A stretch of DNA of 64,000 nucleotides from Arenicellales bacterium (GTDB lineage: Bacteria; Pseudomonadota; Gammaproteobacteria; Arenicellales; JBFEOO01). Below the pieces are notes generated by a model that searched no databases, was not told the origin of the DNA, and worked only from the letters and a program-made list of their open reading frames with translations. Below are positions 1 through 13,098 of this stretch, in pieces. The stretch spans positions 2,138-66,137 of the forward strand of contig JBFEOO010000011.1 in the NCBI GenBank assembly GCA_041550555.1. The letters run 5' to 3'. The translations under genes and the position numbers were made by a program. Each line of letters starts with the position of its first letter. The first letter of the stretch is position 1.

Positions 1-1
1 C

Positions 2-508
2 CACGCCATTACCCGGCGCGGTGAGCCGGCCTTCGACGAGATCGTCGCCGCCTTCGGCACCGAAACCGTGGGCGAGGACGGCGAGCTCGACCGCGCGGCG
101 CTGCGTCGGCGCGTGTTCGCCCAACCCGACGAACGGCGGCGTCTGGAGGCCATCCTCCACCCCCGCATTCGGCGCGAGATGCAGCGGCGCATCGACACGC
201 TGGCGGCGCCATACTGCGTTCTGGTCATCCCGCTGTTGATCGAGGTGGGGCAGCAGCAGCTCGTCGATCGAATTCTGGTTGTCGATACCGCCGACTCGCG
301 TCGCATGGAGTGGCTGCGTCGACGCAGCGGCCTGAGCAGGGCGGAAGCGCGTCAGATATTTGCCGCGCAGGCGTCACGCGCCGAGCGGCTGAACGCTGCC
401 GATGACGTCATCCGCAACGACGGCTCCCTCGAGGCGCTGCACGCCGAGGTCGATCGCCTGCACGAAGTCTACCTGCGGCTCGCGCGGAGCAGCGCGGAAA
501 CCGGTTGA
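2..508 (+). CDS. coaE: Dephospho-CoA kinase, C-terminal part (5' end outside window)
   Basis: Frame stays open to the window edge. Translation ..FDEIVAAFG..RRRLEAILHPRIRREM..YCVLVIPLLIEVG..DRILVVD..VIRNDG is CoaE-like. TGA at 506-508. Confidence 0.85.
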   Translation, partial: HAITRRGEPAFDEIVAAFGTETVGEDGELDRAALRRRVFAQPDERRRLEAILHPRIRREMQRRIDTLAAPYCVLVIPLLIEVGQQQLVDRILVVDTADSRRMEWLRRRSGLSRAEARQIFAAQASRAERLNAADDVIRNDGSLEALHAEVDRLHEVYLRLARSSAETG

Positions 509-779
509 GTCGTCGTTCGCGCCCTCTCGGGCGGGCTTTGCGCTTTCCACCATGGCGACGCCGGGAGCGGCGTGCACGGGCGCCGCACCGGGTGCGCCGG
601 CGAGGCGCGGCCGGGCGCGAGCGGAGGACACCGTGATACCACCCCGCGCTTGAGCTCCTCGAACACCGCGCCGTGCAGGGGCCCCGGGCGGAGCCGGATC
701 AGGCGCATGCCCGCCACCGCGGCACTACCGCAACGCGGCACGCTGCGTCCGCCGCAGCGAGTCGTATCGGTGACGGCGC

Positions 780-1199
780 CTATGACGGCGGCCGGGAAAG
801 CGCCGCCACGATAGCCCGGTTGGCTTCGGGAAACTCGAGACAGCCGAGCTCGGCGGCGGCGACCCAACGCACCTGCTGGCCTTCGCGGCCGCGGGGCTCG
901 CCCGTGAAGCGGCTCACCCGCCACGCGTCGAGCAGCACGCGACGGGCGGGGTAGTCGTGGCGCACACGAATGAGCGGCTCGGCGTCCAGCACGCGGATAC
1001 CGAGCTCCTCGTCGCACTCGCGCACCAGGGCGGCGAGGACCGTCTCGCCCACCGCCAGCTTGCCGCCCGGAAACTCCCATTTCCCTGCGTGCTCGACGTG
1101 GGGCGGCCGCCGCGCCACCAGGAACCGGCCGCGTCCGTCAGTGATGACGGCCACCGCGACGCACAGCCGGTCGTCGCCGTCAGCTGCGGTAGTCGGCAT
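780..1199 (-). CDS. mutT: Nudix hydrolase, MutT-type 8-oxo-dGTP diphosphatase
   Basis: Nudix box GKWEFPGGKLAVGETVLAALVRECDEELG. Start placed at ATG 1197-1199 (MPTTAADG) because the upstream 55 codons of ORF 780-1364 are low-complexity and lie inside argJ. 20-nt overlap with the argJ end. Confidence 0.85.
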   Translation of the reverse strand: MPTTAADGDDRLCVAVAVITDGRGRFLVARRPPHVEHAGKWEFPGGKLAVGETVLAALVRECDEELGIRVLDAEPLIRVRHDYPARRVLLDAWRVSRFTGEPRGREGQQVRWVAAAELGCLEFPEANRAIVAALSRPPS

Positions 1200-2409
1200 T
1201 GATGCGGATGTACTCGTGGGTGAGGTCGCAGGTCCAAACCCGGGCCCGGCCCCGACCGACGCCCAGGTCCACCTCGATGTGCACGTCCCGGCCCTTGAGG
1301 TGCCCGCTGACCAGAGCGTCCTCGTAGCGGGCGACCCGCTCGCCGCGCGCCGCGATGACCACACCGCCGATGGCGATGCTCAGCCGATCGCGATCGGCGC
1401 GCTCGCCGGCCTTGCCCACGGCCATGACGATGCGGCCCCAGTTGGCGTCCTCGCCAGCAATGGCGGTCTTGACCAATGGCGAGTTGCCGATGGCGAGACC
1501 CACGCGACGGGCGGCTTGGCGCGAGGCGGCACCGCGCACGTCGATGGTGATGAGCTTCGAGGCGCCCTCGCCGTCGCGCACGACTTGCAGGGCCAGATCC
1601 GTCAACACGGCATCGAGGGCGCCGCGCAGCGCCCGCGCTTCACGCGCGGACGCGCTCGCCGGTGGCCGGTTGCCGGCTCGGCCCGTGGCCGCCACCAGCA
1701 GCGTGTCGCTGGTGGAGGTGTCGCCGTCGACGGTGATGCAGTTGAACGAGCGCGCGACGCCGCGCTCGAGCAGGGCCTGCAGCACGGGCGCGGTGACCGC
1801 CGCATCCGTGAAGACGAACGCCAGCATGGTCGCCATGTCCGGTGCGATCATGCCGGAGCCCTTGGCGATGCCGGCCACCGTCACCGTGCGGCCGTCCAGC
1901 TCGGCCGTGGCCGAAGCGCCCTTGGCAAAGGTGTCGGTGGTCATGATGGCGCGGGCGGCCTTCTGCCAGCCGCGCTCGGACAGCTGTCGTGCGAGCTGCG
2001 GCAGCGCCGTGGAGACCCGGTCGACGGGCAGCGGCTCACCGATGACACCCGTCGACGCCACGTAGACGTCGTGCACGCGGCAGCGCACGGCGCGCGCAGC
2101 GGCCTGCGCCATCTGCCGCACGTGGGCGTGGCCCTGACGACCCGTGAAGGCGTTGGCATTGCCGGAGTTGACGACGATGGCGCGCCCGCGGCCCCGCTCG
2201 AGAAGCGATCGGCACCAGAGCACCGGGGCGGCGGCGGTCTGCGAGCGGGTCAGGACGCCGGCCACCGTGGATCCCAGGGCGAGCTCGGCCAAGAAAAGAT
2301 CCGGCCGACGACCAGGCTTGACGCCGGCGGCCATACCGCTCAGGCGCAGCCCGCGAATGACGGGCAGCCGGGGGAAACGCCGCGGCGCCAACGGCGAGCG
2401 CACGCTCAT
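1180..2409 (-). CDS. argJ: Bifunctional ornithine acetyltransferase / N-acetylglutamate synthase
   Basis: ArgJ motifs NSGNANAFTG, KGSGMIAPDMATMLAFVFTD (self-cleavage region), TVDGDTSTSD, C-terminal INADYRS. Start at ATG 2409 (MSVRSPL). Confidence 0.92.
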   Translation of the reverse strand: MSVRSPLAPRRFPRLPVIRGLRLSGMAAGVKPGRRPDLFLAELALGSTVAGVLTRSQTAAAPVLWCRSLLERGRGRAIVVNSGNANAFTGRQGHAHVRQMAQAAARAVRCRVHDVYVASTGVIGEPLPVDRVSTALPQLARQLSERGWQKAARAIMTTDTFAKGASATAELDGRTVTVAGIAKGSGMIAPDMATMLAFVFTDAAVTAPVLQALLERGVARSFNCITVDGDTSTSDTLLVAATGRAGNRPPASASAREARALRGALDAVLTDLALQVVRDGEGASKLITIDVRGAASRQAARRVGLAIGNSPLVKTAIAGEDANWGRIVMAVGKAGERADRDRLSIAIGGVVIAARGERVARYEDALVSGHLKGRDVHIEVDLGVGRGRARVWTCDLTHEYIRINADYRS

Positions 2410-2479
2410 CGCACTGTCCGTTGGCGCCGGCAGCCGGAATCGACGGCGGCCCACCACCCCCCGCAGGCGGGGCGGCTCA

Positions 2480-5230
<2,751 letters not shown>

Positions 5231-5389
5231 CACGCGCTTTCCACCGGGCCTAGCCGGCCCCACAGGTTCTCAAACCGTACACCATCCTACCAGCGGGCGG
5301 AACCCCGGCAGGGCCCACCTGTCTGACGGCACGCCGCTCGTCCTCTCGTACTCCGTCCTCGAAGCGTTTCCGCTACACTGCCCAGCCAC

Positions 5390-5851
5390 ATGAGCGCCAT
5401 GAGCAGCCGCGACGACGTCTTTCGACCGCTTACGGATTTCTTACCGGGCACCGTGCGCGATTCACTTGGAGCGCATGGAAGTGACCCGGCGGACGCCCTG
5501 TGGCGCCACTGGCGCGCGGTGGCCGATCCCGCCGTGGTGCGACACACCCGCTCGTTGCGCCTCGCCGGCGACACCCTCGTGGTCCACGTCAGCGCCCCCG
5601 TGTGGGCGCACAAGCTGCGGCACAGCGAGGCCACGCTGGTGCGGCTGCTGCGACGACGGGGGCAGGCGACGCTACGGCACCTGCGTCCACGCGTCGCGCC
5701 GACATCGGCGCCCGCCGCGCCACGGCCGGAGCCCAAACTCGCGCTGTCGAGCGAGGTCGCGCGCCTGCTCCGGGTAACCGCCGCCGACATCGAGGACGAC
5801 GCGCTGCGCCATGCGCTCGAGCGACTGAGCCGCCACGCCTGGAACGGCTAA
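5390..5851 (+). CDS. dciA: DUF721 / DciA-like protein (putative replicative helicase operator)
   Basis: 153 aa with a DUF721-like core, LWRHWRAVADPAVVRHTRSLRLAGDTLVVHVSAPVWAHKLRH. It sits divergent from secA and next to lpxC, as in pseudomonads. Assignment is from memory of the family. Confidence 0.6.
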   Translation: MSAMSSRDDVFRPLTDFLPGTVRDSLGAHGSDPADALWRHWRAVADPAVVRHTRSLRLAGDTLVVHVSAPVWAHKLRHSEATLVRLLRRRGQATLRHLRPRVAPTSAPAAPRPEPKLALSSEVARLLRVTAADIEDDALRHALERLSRHAWNG

Positions 5852-6225
5852 CGGGCGCTCATCAGCTGACCCCTCCCCACGCGGGCGCGGCGGCGATATT
5901 CCTGCCGACCCGCCAGCGTTCGGCGACGGTCGGCGTTGCGGCGCACGCTCATCAACGCCGATCACCGCCGCTCGTCGACCTATAGGTGTTATGTGGGGAA
6001 GCAAGCGGATAATTGAAAGCCCCTGCGTGGCCGCGCGCCGCGCCCGTGCCTGGCGCCGTGTGCGTAACCCCGGGTTCGAGCGCCGACGGCGGTGCTGGCC
6101 ACATCACTTGCCCCGCGCCGCCGCAGTGACCGCGGCGTGCCGCTGCGGGGCAGTCGCTCAGGGATTCTTGCGCGTCTCCCTCACGGTCGCACCCCCCACG
6201 CGCGGACGCGCGGCCGGCCGGCAGG

Positions 6226-7140
6226 TCAGGTGACGGCCGACGCCGTGCGGATGAGGGCGACGGGAGCCTCGTTGGGGTCGTCGTAGGAGACGAGCTCCCA
6301 GGCGTTGGCATCGCTCACCAGCATGCGCAGCAGCCGGTTGTTGAGCGTATGCCCCGACTTGTACCCGTTGAAAGCGCCGATCAGTGGATGCCCGAGCAGA
6401 TAAAGATCGCCAATGGCGTCGAGCACCTTGTGTTTGACGAACTCGTCCTCGTAGCGCAGGCCATCCTCGTTCAGGATATGGAACGAATCCATCACGATCG
6501 CGTTGTCCAGGCTGCCGCCGCGGGCCAGGCCAACCTCGCGCAGGGCCTCGAGGTCCTGCATGAAGCCGAAGGTGCGCGCCCGACTCACCTCCTTGACGAA
6601 GGAGGTCGTCGAGAAGTCGACACTGGCGACCTGGACGGAGTTCTTGAAGATCGGATGATCGAAATCGATGGTGAAGGACACCTTGAAGCCGTTGAGCGGA
6701 TCGAAACGGACCCACTTGTCGCCGTCCTGGACGCGAACACTCTTCTTGATTCGTATGAACTTCTTGGGCCGCTGCTGCTCCTCGATACCCGCCGACTGGA
6801 TCAGGAAAACGAACGGGCCCGCGCTGCCATCCATGATCGGGACCTCCGGCGCCGTCAGATCGACAAAGGCGTTGTCGATTCCGAGCCCAGCGAAGGCCGA
6901 CATCAGATGTTCGACGGTGGAGATTTTGACGCCGTCGCGCTCGAGGGTCGTCGACAGCCGCGTGTCGGTGACGTTCTCGGGACGGGCCGGCACCTCCACG
7001 GCCGGCTCCAGATCGACGCGCCGAAAGGTAATGCCGGTGTTCGGCGGCGCCGGCCGTAACGTCAGATAGACCTTTTCTCCCGTGTGCAGGCCGACTCCCG
7101 TGGCCCGAATGACGTTCTTCAGCGTTCGTTGTCTGATCAT
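6226..7140 (-). CDS. lpxC: UDP-3-O-acyl-N-acetylglucosamine deacetylase
   Basis: [60 protein letters not shown]; 304 aa, typical length and position after ftsZ. Confidence 0.96.
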   Translation of the reverse strand: MIRQRTLKNVIRATGVGLHTGEKVYLTLRPAPPNTGITFRRVDLEPAVEVPARPENVTDTRLSTTLERDGVKISTVEHLMSAFAGLGIDNAFVDLTAPEVPIMDGSAGPFVFLIQSAGIEEQQRPKKFIRIKKSVRVQDGDKWVRFDPLNGFKVSFTIDFDHPIFKNSVQVASVDFSTTSFVKEVSRARTFGFMQDLEALREVGLARGGSLDNAIVMDSFHILNEDGLRYEDEFVKHKVLDAIGDLYLLGHPLIGAFNGYKSGHTLNNRLLRMLVSDANAWELVSYDDPNEAPVALIRTASAVT

Positions 7141-7210
7141 GGGCTACGCAACGTTTTTATTGTGGAGGATAAGACTGCCCCCCTGCGGCAGCGAATCCTA
7201 CACGATGTTA

Positions 7211-7238
7211 GGGGCTGTGTGTACCGAAATTCAGCCCC
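7211..7238 (-). other. Stem-loop between ftsZ and lpxC (GGGGCTG-N14-CAGCCCC)
   Basis: Perfect 7-bp inverted repeat, located 33 nt downstream of the ftsZ stop. No U-tract follows, so it is not a canonical intrinsic terminator. Confidence 0.3.
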
Positions 7239-7270
7239 GATAACCGCTTTTCGTCCGATGAAAGCAGCGC

Positions 7271-8437
7271 TCAATCGGCCTGTCTGCGAAGAAAAGCCGG
7301 TATGTCGAGATACTCCAATCCCGGCTCGGTCTCCGCCTCCGCCGCCGCCGCCGCTTCGCCACTCCCCCTGCGGCTGCGGATGACCGTCGGCGTGTCCAGC
7401 GACTCGTAGTTTACCGCGCGCCGCTCGCCAGACCCCTGCACCACCCGATACGGATGGCTTTGCGCCTTCGCGCCCCCGATCCCGGTGGCCACCATGGTCA
7501 CCCGCAGATCGCCCTGCATCTGCGGATCGAGCACGGTCCCGATGATGACCTTGGCGTCGTCGGCGGCGAGCTCGCGCACCGTCTCGCCGACCTCTTCGAA
7601 CTCGCCGATCGCCATGTCCACCCCCGCCGTGACGTTGACAAGTATACCCTTGGCGCCGGAGATGTTCACGTCCTCGAGCAAGGGGCTGGAAACGGCCGAG
7701 CGGGCGGCCTCGACGGCCCGCTCATTCCCCCTCGCCACCGCAGATCCCATCATCGCCACGCCCATCTCCGCCATGACGGCGCGAACGTCGGCGAAGTCGA
7801 CGTTTATCAGCCCCGGCCGGGTGATGAGCTCCGAGATGCCCTGCACGGCGTTCAAGAGCACGTCATTGGCGCGAGCGAAAGCGTCGAGCAAAGGTGCTTG
7901 GGGGCCCATCACCTGCAGCACTTTCTCGTTGGGGATCGTGATCAGCGAATCGCAATGCTCGGAGAGCTCCTCGATGCCTTGCTCCGCGATCTTGAGCCGC
8001 GTGCGCCCTTCGAAGGGGAACGGCTTGGTCACCACGGCCACGGTGAGTATCCCGGCCTCGCGCGCCAGCTGGGCGACGATCGGTGCCGCGCCCGTTCCGG
8101 TTCCGCCGCCCATGCCCGCGGTGATGAACACCATGTCCGCCCCATCGAGCGCCTCGATGATGCGCTCCCGATCCTCCAGGGCAGCCTGTCGGCCAACGGC
8201 CGGATCGGCGCCCGCCCCCAGCCCCTTGGTCACGCCGGCGCCGAGCTGCAGGATGGTGCGCGCGCTCGAGCGGTTGAGCGCCTGGGCGTCGGTGTTGGCG
8301 TTGATGAAGTCGACGCCCTCGATCGCCGAGTTGACCATGTGGTCGAGGGCGTTGCCACCGCCGCCTCCGATCCCGATCACCTTTATGACTGCTTGCTGCC
8401 CCACGGTATCCAGCAACTCAAATGTAGGCATACGCAC
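7271..8437 (-). CDS. ftsZ: Cell division GTPase FtsZ
   Basis: VIKVIGIGGGGGNA, tubulin signature GGGTGTGAAP, C-terminal LDIPAFLRRQAD tail. GTG 8437 lies 6 nt after GGAGGA; ATG 8431 is an alternative start. Confidence 0.97.
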   Translation of the reverse strand: MRMPTFELLDTVGQQAVIKVIGIGGGGGNALDHMVNSAIEGVDFINANTDAQALNRSSARTILQLGAGVTKGLGAGADPAVGRQAALEDRERIIEALDGADMVFITAGMGGGTGTGAAPIVAQLAREAGILTVAVVTKPFPFEGRTRLKIAEQGIEELSEHCDSLITIPNEKVLQVMGPQAPLLDAFARANDVLLNAVQGISELITRPGLINVDFADVRAVMAEMGVAMMGSAVARGNERAVEAARSAVSSPLLEDVNISGAKGILVNVTAGVDMAIGEFEEVGETVRELAADDAKVIIGTVLDPQMQGDLRVTMVATGIGGAKAQSHPYRVVQGSGERRAVNYESLDTPTVIRSRRGSGEAAAAAEAETEPGLEYLDIPAFLRRQAD

Positions 8438-8562
8438 TACCTATCCTCCCTTCACCAAAATCCGTTAAGCCCGACTCTTGCCCGGCGCGCCCGCTGCTGC
8501 ACGAGAAGCCGCCGACAGTGAACGGCACCCCCTCCAAGCAACGCCCACGGCACCAGCGCCCA

Positions 8563-9810
8563 CTAGTAACTCCCCTGAAACCAACTCTTCATACGGTCGA
8601 AAACCCCCTGATAGCTCACGTTCGGCGCGGTACCCACGAGCGGCCGCACGCGGTTGTTGACACCGAACTGAATCAGCCCCACACCCGTGGCGTAGATCGG
8701 ATTACGCACGACCTCACTCAAGCCGCCCACATAGTTGGGCACACCGAGGCGTACCGGCATGTGAAACACCTCCTCGGCCAACTCGACCATACCTTCCATC
8801 TTCGAGCTGCCGCCGGTGATGACAATTCCGGATCCAATCAGCTCCTCGAAACCGCTGCGGCGCAGCTCGCTCTGGGCCAGCCCGTAGAGCTCCTCCATCC
8901 GCGGTTCGATCACTTCTGCCAGCGTCTGCCGCGCCAGCTTCCTCGGTGGCCTCTCGCCGACGCTCGGCGCCTCAATGGTCTGATCGCTGCCGGCGAGCTG
9001 CGTCAACGCACAACCGTACTTCTTCTTGATCTCCTCGGCCGCATGTCGAGGGGTCCTCAGCGCCACCGCAATGTCGTTGGTGACCTGGGCACCCGCGATG
9101 GGAATCACTGACGTGTAGCGAATGGCGGCGTCCGTGAATACCGCGATGTCCGTCGTGCCACCGCCGATGTCGATGAGACACACGCCGAGCTCTTTCTCGT
9201 CCTCGGTCAATACGGCGTGGCTTGACGCGAGCTGCTCGAGGATGATGTCGTCGACCTCGAGGCCGCAGCGCCGAATGCACTTGGTGATGTTCTGCGCGGC
9301 GCTGACCGCGCCGGTGATGATGTGCACCTTGGCCTCCATGCGCACGCCGCACATGCCGACGGGCTCTTTGATTCCCTCCTGGCCGTCGATGATGAAATCC
9401 TGCGGCAGTATGTGGAGTATCTTCTGATCATTGGGAATCACCAGCGCCTGCGCGGCCTCTATGACCCGTTCCATATCGGCGCCGGTGACCTCTTTCTCTC
9501 GGATCGCAACCACGCCGTGGGAGTTGAAGCTGTTGATGTGCGCCCCGGCGATTCCCGCGAAGACGGAGTAGATCTGGCAGCCCGCCATCAGCTCCGCCTC
9601 CTCGATGGCGCGCTGGATCGACTGCACGGTTGATTCGATATTCGCGACGACGCCCTTCTGCAGGCCCCGCGTCGGGTGATGCCCGATGCCAATGATCTCG
9701 ACCTCGCCCGTCGGCATGACTTCCGCGACAATCGCCAGCACCTTCGAGGTGCCGATGTCGAGACCGACAATCAGGCGGTCGTCGGTTTTCTTCGTGGAAC
9801 GATGTCTCAT
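8563..9810 (-). CDS. ftsA: Cell division protein FtsA (actin-like ATPase)
   Basis: LIVGLDIGTSKV and DIGGGTTDIAVF phosphate-binding motifs. 415 aa. Start overlaps the ftsQ stop by 4 nt. Confidence 0.95.
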   Translation of the reverse strand: MRHRSTKKTDDRLIVGLDIGTSKVLAIVAEVMPTGEVEIIGIGHHPTRGLQKGVVANIESTVQSIQRAIEEAELMAGCQIYSVFAGIAGAHINSFNSHGVVAIREKEVTGADMERVIEAAQALVIPNDQKILHILPQDFIIDGQEGIKEPVGMCGVRMEAKVHIITGAVSAAQNITKCIRRCGLEVDDIILEQLASSHAVLTEDEKELGVCLIDIGGGTTDIAVFTDAAIRYTSVIPIAGAQVTNDIAVALRTPRHAAEEIKKKYGCALTQLAGSDQTIEAPSVGERPPRKLARQTLAEVIEPRMEELYGLAQSELRRSGFEELIGSGIVITGGSSKMEGMVELAEEVFHMPVRLGVPNYVGGLSEVVRNPIYATGVGLIQFGVNNRVRPLVGTAPNVSYQGVFDRMKSWFQGSY

Positions 9811-10661
9811 GCTCGCGCCGCCCGCCTGCTGGCCAAATCAGCGCCGCGCTGCGGTGAGTGACGCCCGTCGTCCCGCCAGCGCACCGCAAACCCGTTGGGA
9901 TAACGCAGGTCAACCTCGGCGGCCTGCGACCAAATGTCGTCAGCGACGCCTGCGTAGACCCGCGCGAAGCGGCTGAGACGGGCATCCGCGTCGTGCTTGC
10001 CGATAATCACTGTGAGCTCCCTGGCATCGCTCTCTCCATCGATGGCGTCCGGAACTGTGAGCAGCCGTGCCTGCCATGCCCGCCGCGCAGTCAACACCAG
10101 CTCGTCGATTTGCAGACCGCTTGCAGACAGCGCCCGACTCCACTGCCGATAACGCTCCAGCATTTCGCGATGGGTGCCGGGCGGACCCGAGAGCACCGGT
10201 AGTTCCCCATCGTCGAAGTGCGGCACGGCGACAACGTCGCCATGGCGATTGATCCAGCCGTCGCTCGCCCAGCGCGCGAGCAGGCGCTGCTCCTCGAGAC
10301 GGATCTCCACCGTCGTGGGCCACCGCCGGTGTACCGTCGCCCGGTAGGTCCACGGCACCGTCTCGGCCGCCGCCGCGATGCGGCGCAGATCGAGCGCGAA
10401 CAGGTTGCCGCGCACCAGCGGCAGGACCGTGCGCTCGACCGCGCTCGGATCGAGATGGCTGAAGTCGCCAACGATACGAATGTGCTCTACCGGGAAGCCG
10501 TCGGGTCGAAAGATCCGGTCCACCAGCACCCCTGCCCCTGCCGTCAGCACAAGCAGCGCGGCCACCACCGACGCCAGTGACCGGCCTGGCGCGCGCGTGG
10601 TCCGCGAAGGCGCCTGCGGCGCTCGGCCCGCGGCCGTGGGTCCCCATGGTCGAGTTGCCAT
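9807..10661 (-). CDS. ftsQ: Cell division protein FtsQ
   Basis: N-terminal TM segment (LASVVAALLVLTAGAGVLV), then a POTRA-like VEHIRIVGDFSHLDPSAVERTV..GNLFALDL. Lies directly upstream of ftsA. Confidence 0.85.
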   Translation of the reverse strand: MATRPWGPTAAGRAPQAPSRTTRAPGRSLASVVAALLVLTAGAGVLVDRIFRPDGFPVEHIRIVGDFSHLDPSAVERTVLPLVRGNLFALDLRRIAAAAETVPWTYRATVHRRWPTTVEIRLEEQRLLARWASDGWINRHGDVVAVPHFDDGELPVLSGPPGTHREMLERYRQWSRALSASGLQIDELVLTARRAWQARLLTVPDAIDGESDARELTVIIGKHDADARLSRFARVYAGVADDIWSQAAEVDLRYPNGFAVRWRDDGRHSPQRGADLASRRAARA

Positions 10662-10762
10662 CGCCTTTTTACGTTCTACGTTCTAGGCCCAAGATGTAGT
10701 AGCCGAAACCTGCATTGTAGCAACATATTGGGTCTGTAGCCCTCCGTTTGTCCTAAACCCCG

Positions 10763-11689
10763 TTATGCCGGCTCACCGACGATACGTACCTCGAGCTCGA
10801 GGTCGACGCTGTGCATTTCCTTGACGATCCGGTGCACCCGTTCGATCAGCCGCTCGATGTCCGCCGCGGTGGCGCCGCCGCCGTTGACGATGAAATTAGC
10901 GTGACGCTGCGAGACGCAGGCGCCCCCTTCCGTCGCCCCTTTGAGATCGGCGCTCTCGATCAGACGCGCTGCAAAATCGCCGGGCGGATTGCGAAATACG
11001 GAGCCGGCATTGGCCGTCTGCACGGGCTGGCTGAGCGCCCGGGTGCGCAGCAGCTCGCGGACCCGTGCCCGCCCGGCTTCGACGTCGCCACCCGTGAGCG
11101 CCAACTCCGCAGCGACGAAGCGCTCGCCCTCGGGGAGGCCCACCGTGCGGTAGCCGGTCTCGAACTCGGACGGAAGGCGCCTGCGAATACGGCCTGCGCG
11201 GTCAAGCGTCTCGACACTGCGGACGATGTTCCAGGTCTCGCTTCCGAAGGCGCCCGCGTTCATCGCCAGCGCCCCGCCGAGCGTCCCGGGAATGCCGGCA
11301 AGGAACTCTGCGCCGACGAGCCCTGCACGCAGCGCGAAGCGGGCGATCTTGGCTGCGGCAACGCCCGCCTCGGCGGCCAGCATGTTCTCGCCGGTGAGCC
11401 AGATCCCATCGAGCCCCTTGTGGGTGGCAATCACCGCACCGCGCACGCCGCCGTCACGGACCAGCAGATTGCTGCCGAGCCCGACCCAGACGACCTCGAC
11501 GTCGGGCGGCAGCTGGCCGACGAAGCGCGCCAGGTCCTCGCGACCGGCCGGGACGTAGTGCCAGTCGGCCGGTCCGCCGACACGCCAGCTGGTATGCCGG
11601 GACATGGGTTCATCGATCCGCAGCACGCCGGCCAGCTGATCGGCGCACAGCCTGGGCGGGGACACCGCGCGGCGGGCTACCACGGTCAT
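10763..11689 (-). CDS. murB: UDP-N-acetylenolpyruvoylglucosamine reductase
   Basis: [43 protein letters not shown] 11687-11689 forms an ATGA overlap with the murC stop. The longer ORF to 11878 is Arg-rich and lies inside murC. Confidence 0.92.
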   Translation of the reverse strand: MTVVARRAVSPPRLCADQLAGVLRIDEPMSRHTSWRVGGPADWHYVPAGREDLARFVGQLPPDVEVVWVGLGSNLLVRDGGVRGAVIATHKGLDGIWLTGENMLAAEAGVAAAKIARFALRAGLVGAEFLAGIPGTLGGALAMNAGAFGSETWNIVRSVETLDRAGRIRRRLPSEFETGYRTVGLPEGERFVAAELALTGGDVEAGRARVRELLRTRALSQPVQTANAGSVFRNPPGDFAARLIESADLKGATEGGACVSQRHANFIVNGGGATAADIERLIERVHRIVKEMHSVDLELEVRIVGEPA

Positions 11690-13098
11690 GACACCTCGGC
11701 CCCGCCGCCGACGAGCCCCTCCTCCGCCAGCCGCTGCGACAGCTGACCGATGTCGCCGGCGCCCAGCGTGAGAATCACGTCGTCGGCCCGCACGACGGCC
11801 CGCAGCACGTCCGACAGCTCCCCGAGCTCGGCGACGAATATGGGCTCGGCGCGGCCGCGGGTGCGGATGGCGCGGCACAGGGCGCGACCGTCGGCGCCGC
11901 TGATCGGCCGCTCCCCCGCAGGGTAGACCTCGGTGATGACCAGCGGATCGTACGCCGCCAGAACGGCGCTGAAGTCGTCGAGCAGATCGCGAGTGCGCGT
12001 GTAGCGGTGTGGCTGGAAGACCACCACCAGCCGCCGATCGGGCCAGCAGCCGCGGGCCGCATCGAGGGTGGCGGCGAGCTCGCGCGGATGGTGCGCGTAG
12101 TCGTCGACCAGCAGCGCCTCGCCCGCCCCAGCCGCGAACGTGCCCCGCAGCTGGAAGCGGCGGCCGGTGCCGGCAAAATCGGCGAGCCCCGCCGCGATCG
12201 CTGGGTCCGGCACCTCGAGCGCGTCGGCGACGGCGATCGCCGCCAGCGCGTTGAGCACGTTGTGACGACCGGGCAGGGCCAGCTCGAGCTCGAGCGGGTG
12301 GGCGCTCCCGGAACGGTGCGCGCGAAAACGCGTGTGCAAGCCAGCCGGGCGAATGGCGCTGGCGCGTACGTCGGCATCGGACGCGGTGCCGTAGGTGACG
12401 ATCGGCTTACGAATGCGCGGCACAATCTCCCGCACGACCGGATCGTCGAGGCACAGCACGGCGAGCCCGTAGAAAGGCAGATTGAAGAGGAAGTCGACGA
12501 AGGTCGTCTTGAGCCTATCGAAGTCGCCGCCGTAGGTGTCCATATGATCGGCGTCGATGTTGGTGACAATAGCCATCAGCGGTTGCAGGTGGAGAAAAGA
12601 GGCATCGCTCTCGTCAGCCTCCGCCACAAGGTACTCGCTGCTGCCGAGACGCGCATGGCTGCCCGCGCTGTTGACCACGCCGCCCACCACGAAGGTCGGG
12701 TCCAGCCCTCCGTGCGCCAACACATTGGCCACCAGACCCGTCGTCGTGGTCTTCCCGTGCGTGCCGGCTACAGCGATGCCCTTGCGAAATCGCATCAGCT
12801 CGCCGAGCATCTCGGCGCGGGGGATGACGGGAATCTTCTTGTCGCGGGCCGCACCGAGCTCGGGATTGTCCGGTGGCACCGCCGTCGAGGTGACGACCAC
12901 CTCGCAGCCGTTGACATGGCCCGCGGAATGCCCGATATGCACCTCGGCACCCGCACTGCGCAGTCGGCGGGTGTCGGCGCTCTCGGCAAGGTCCGAGCCC
13001 GACACGGTATAGCCGAGGTTGAGAAGAACCTCGGCGATGCCGCTCATGCCGCTGCCGCCGATACCGACGAAGTGAACGTGTCGCACGTGATCACGCAT
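11686..13098 (-). CDS. murC: UDP-N-acetylmuramate--L-alanine ligase
   Basis: [33 protein letters not shown]. Start ATG 13098 overlaps the murG stop (13091) by 8 nt. Confidence 0.95.
   Translation of the reverse strand: MRDHVRHVHFVGIGGSGMSGIAEVLLNLGYTVSGSDLAESADTRRLRSAGAEVHIGHSAGHVNGCEVVVTSTAVPPDNPELGAARDKKIPVIPRAEMLGELMRFRKGIAVAGTHGKTTTTGLVANVLAHGGLDPTFVVGGVVNSAGSHARLGSSEYLVAEADESDASFLHLQPLMAIVTNIDADHMDTYGGDFDRLKTTFVDFLFNLPFYGLAVLCLDDPVVREIVPRIRKPIVTYGTASDADVRASAIRPAGLHTRFRAHRSGSAHPLELELALPGRHNVLNALAAIAVADALEVPDPAIAAGLADFAGTGRRFQLRGTFAAGAGEALLVDDYAHHPRELAATLDAARGCWPDRRLVVVFQPHRYTRTRDLLDDFSAVLAAYDPLVITEVYPAGERPISGADGRALCRAIRTRGRAEPIFVAELGELSDVLRAVVRADDVILTLGAGDIGQLSQRLAEEGLVGGGAEVS

Noticed and set aside
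509-779. Looked for yacG/zapD-type small genes or a terminator after coaE
   Set aside because: No ORF with zinc-finger Cys pairs was found. Only a weak CGCCC-TCTC-GGGCG hairpin (519-532) is present, without a clear U-tract.
6060-6105. tRNA-like fragment (CCCCGGGTTCGAGCGCC ... CTGGCCA) in the 375-bp non-coding gap between the DUF721 gene and lpxC
   Set aside because: The flanks of the GGTTCGAGC loop do not form a T-stem. No acceptor, D or anticodon arms can be drawn, so it is not a tRNA. The gap (5852-6225) otherwise shows only weak GC-rich hairpins.
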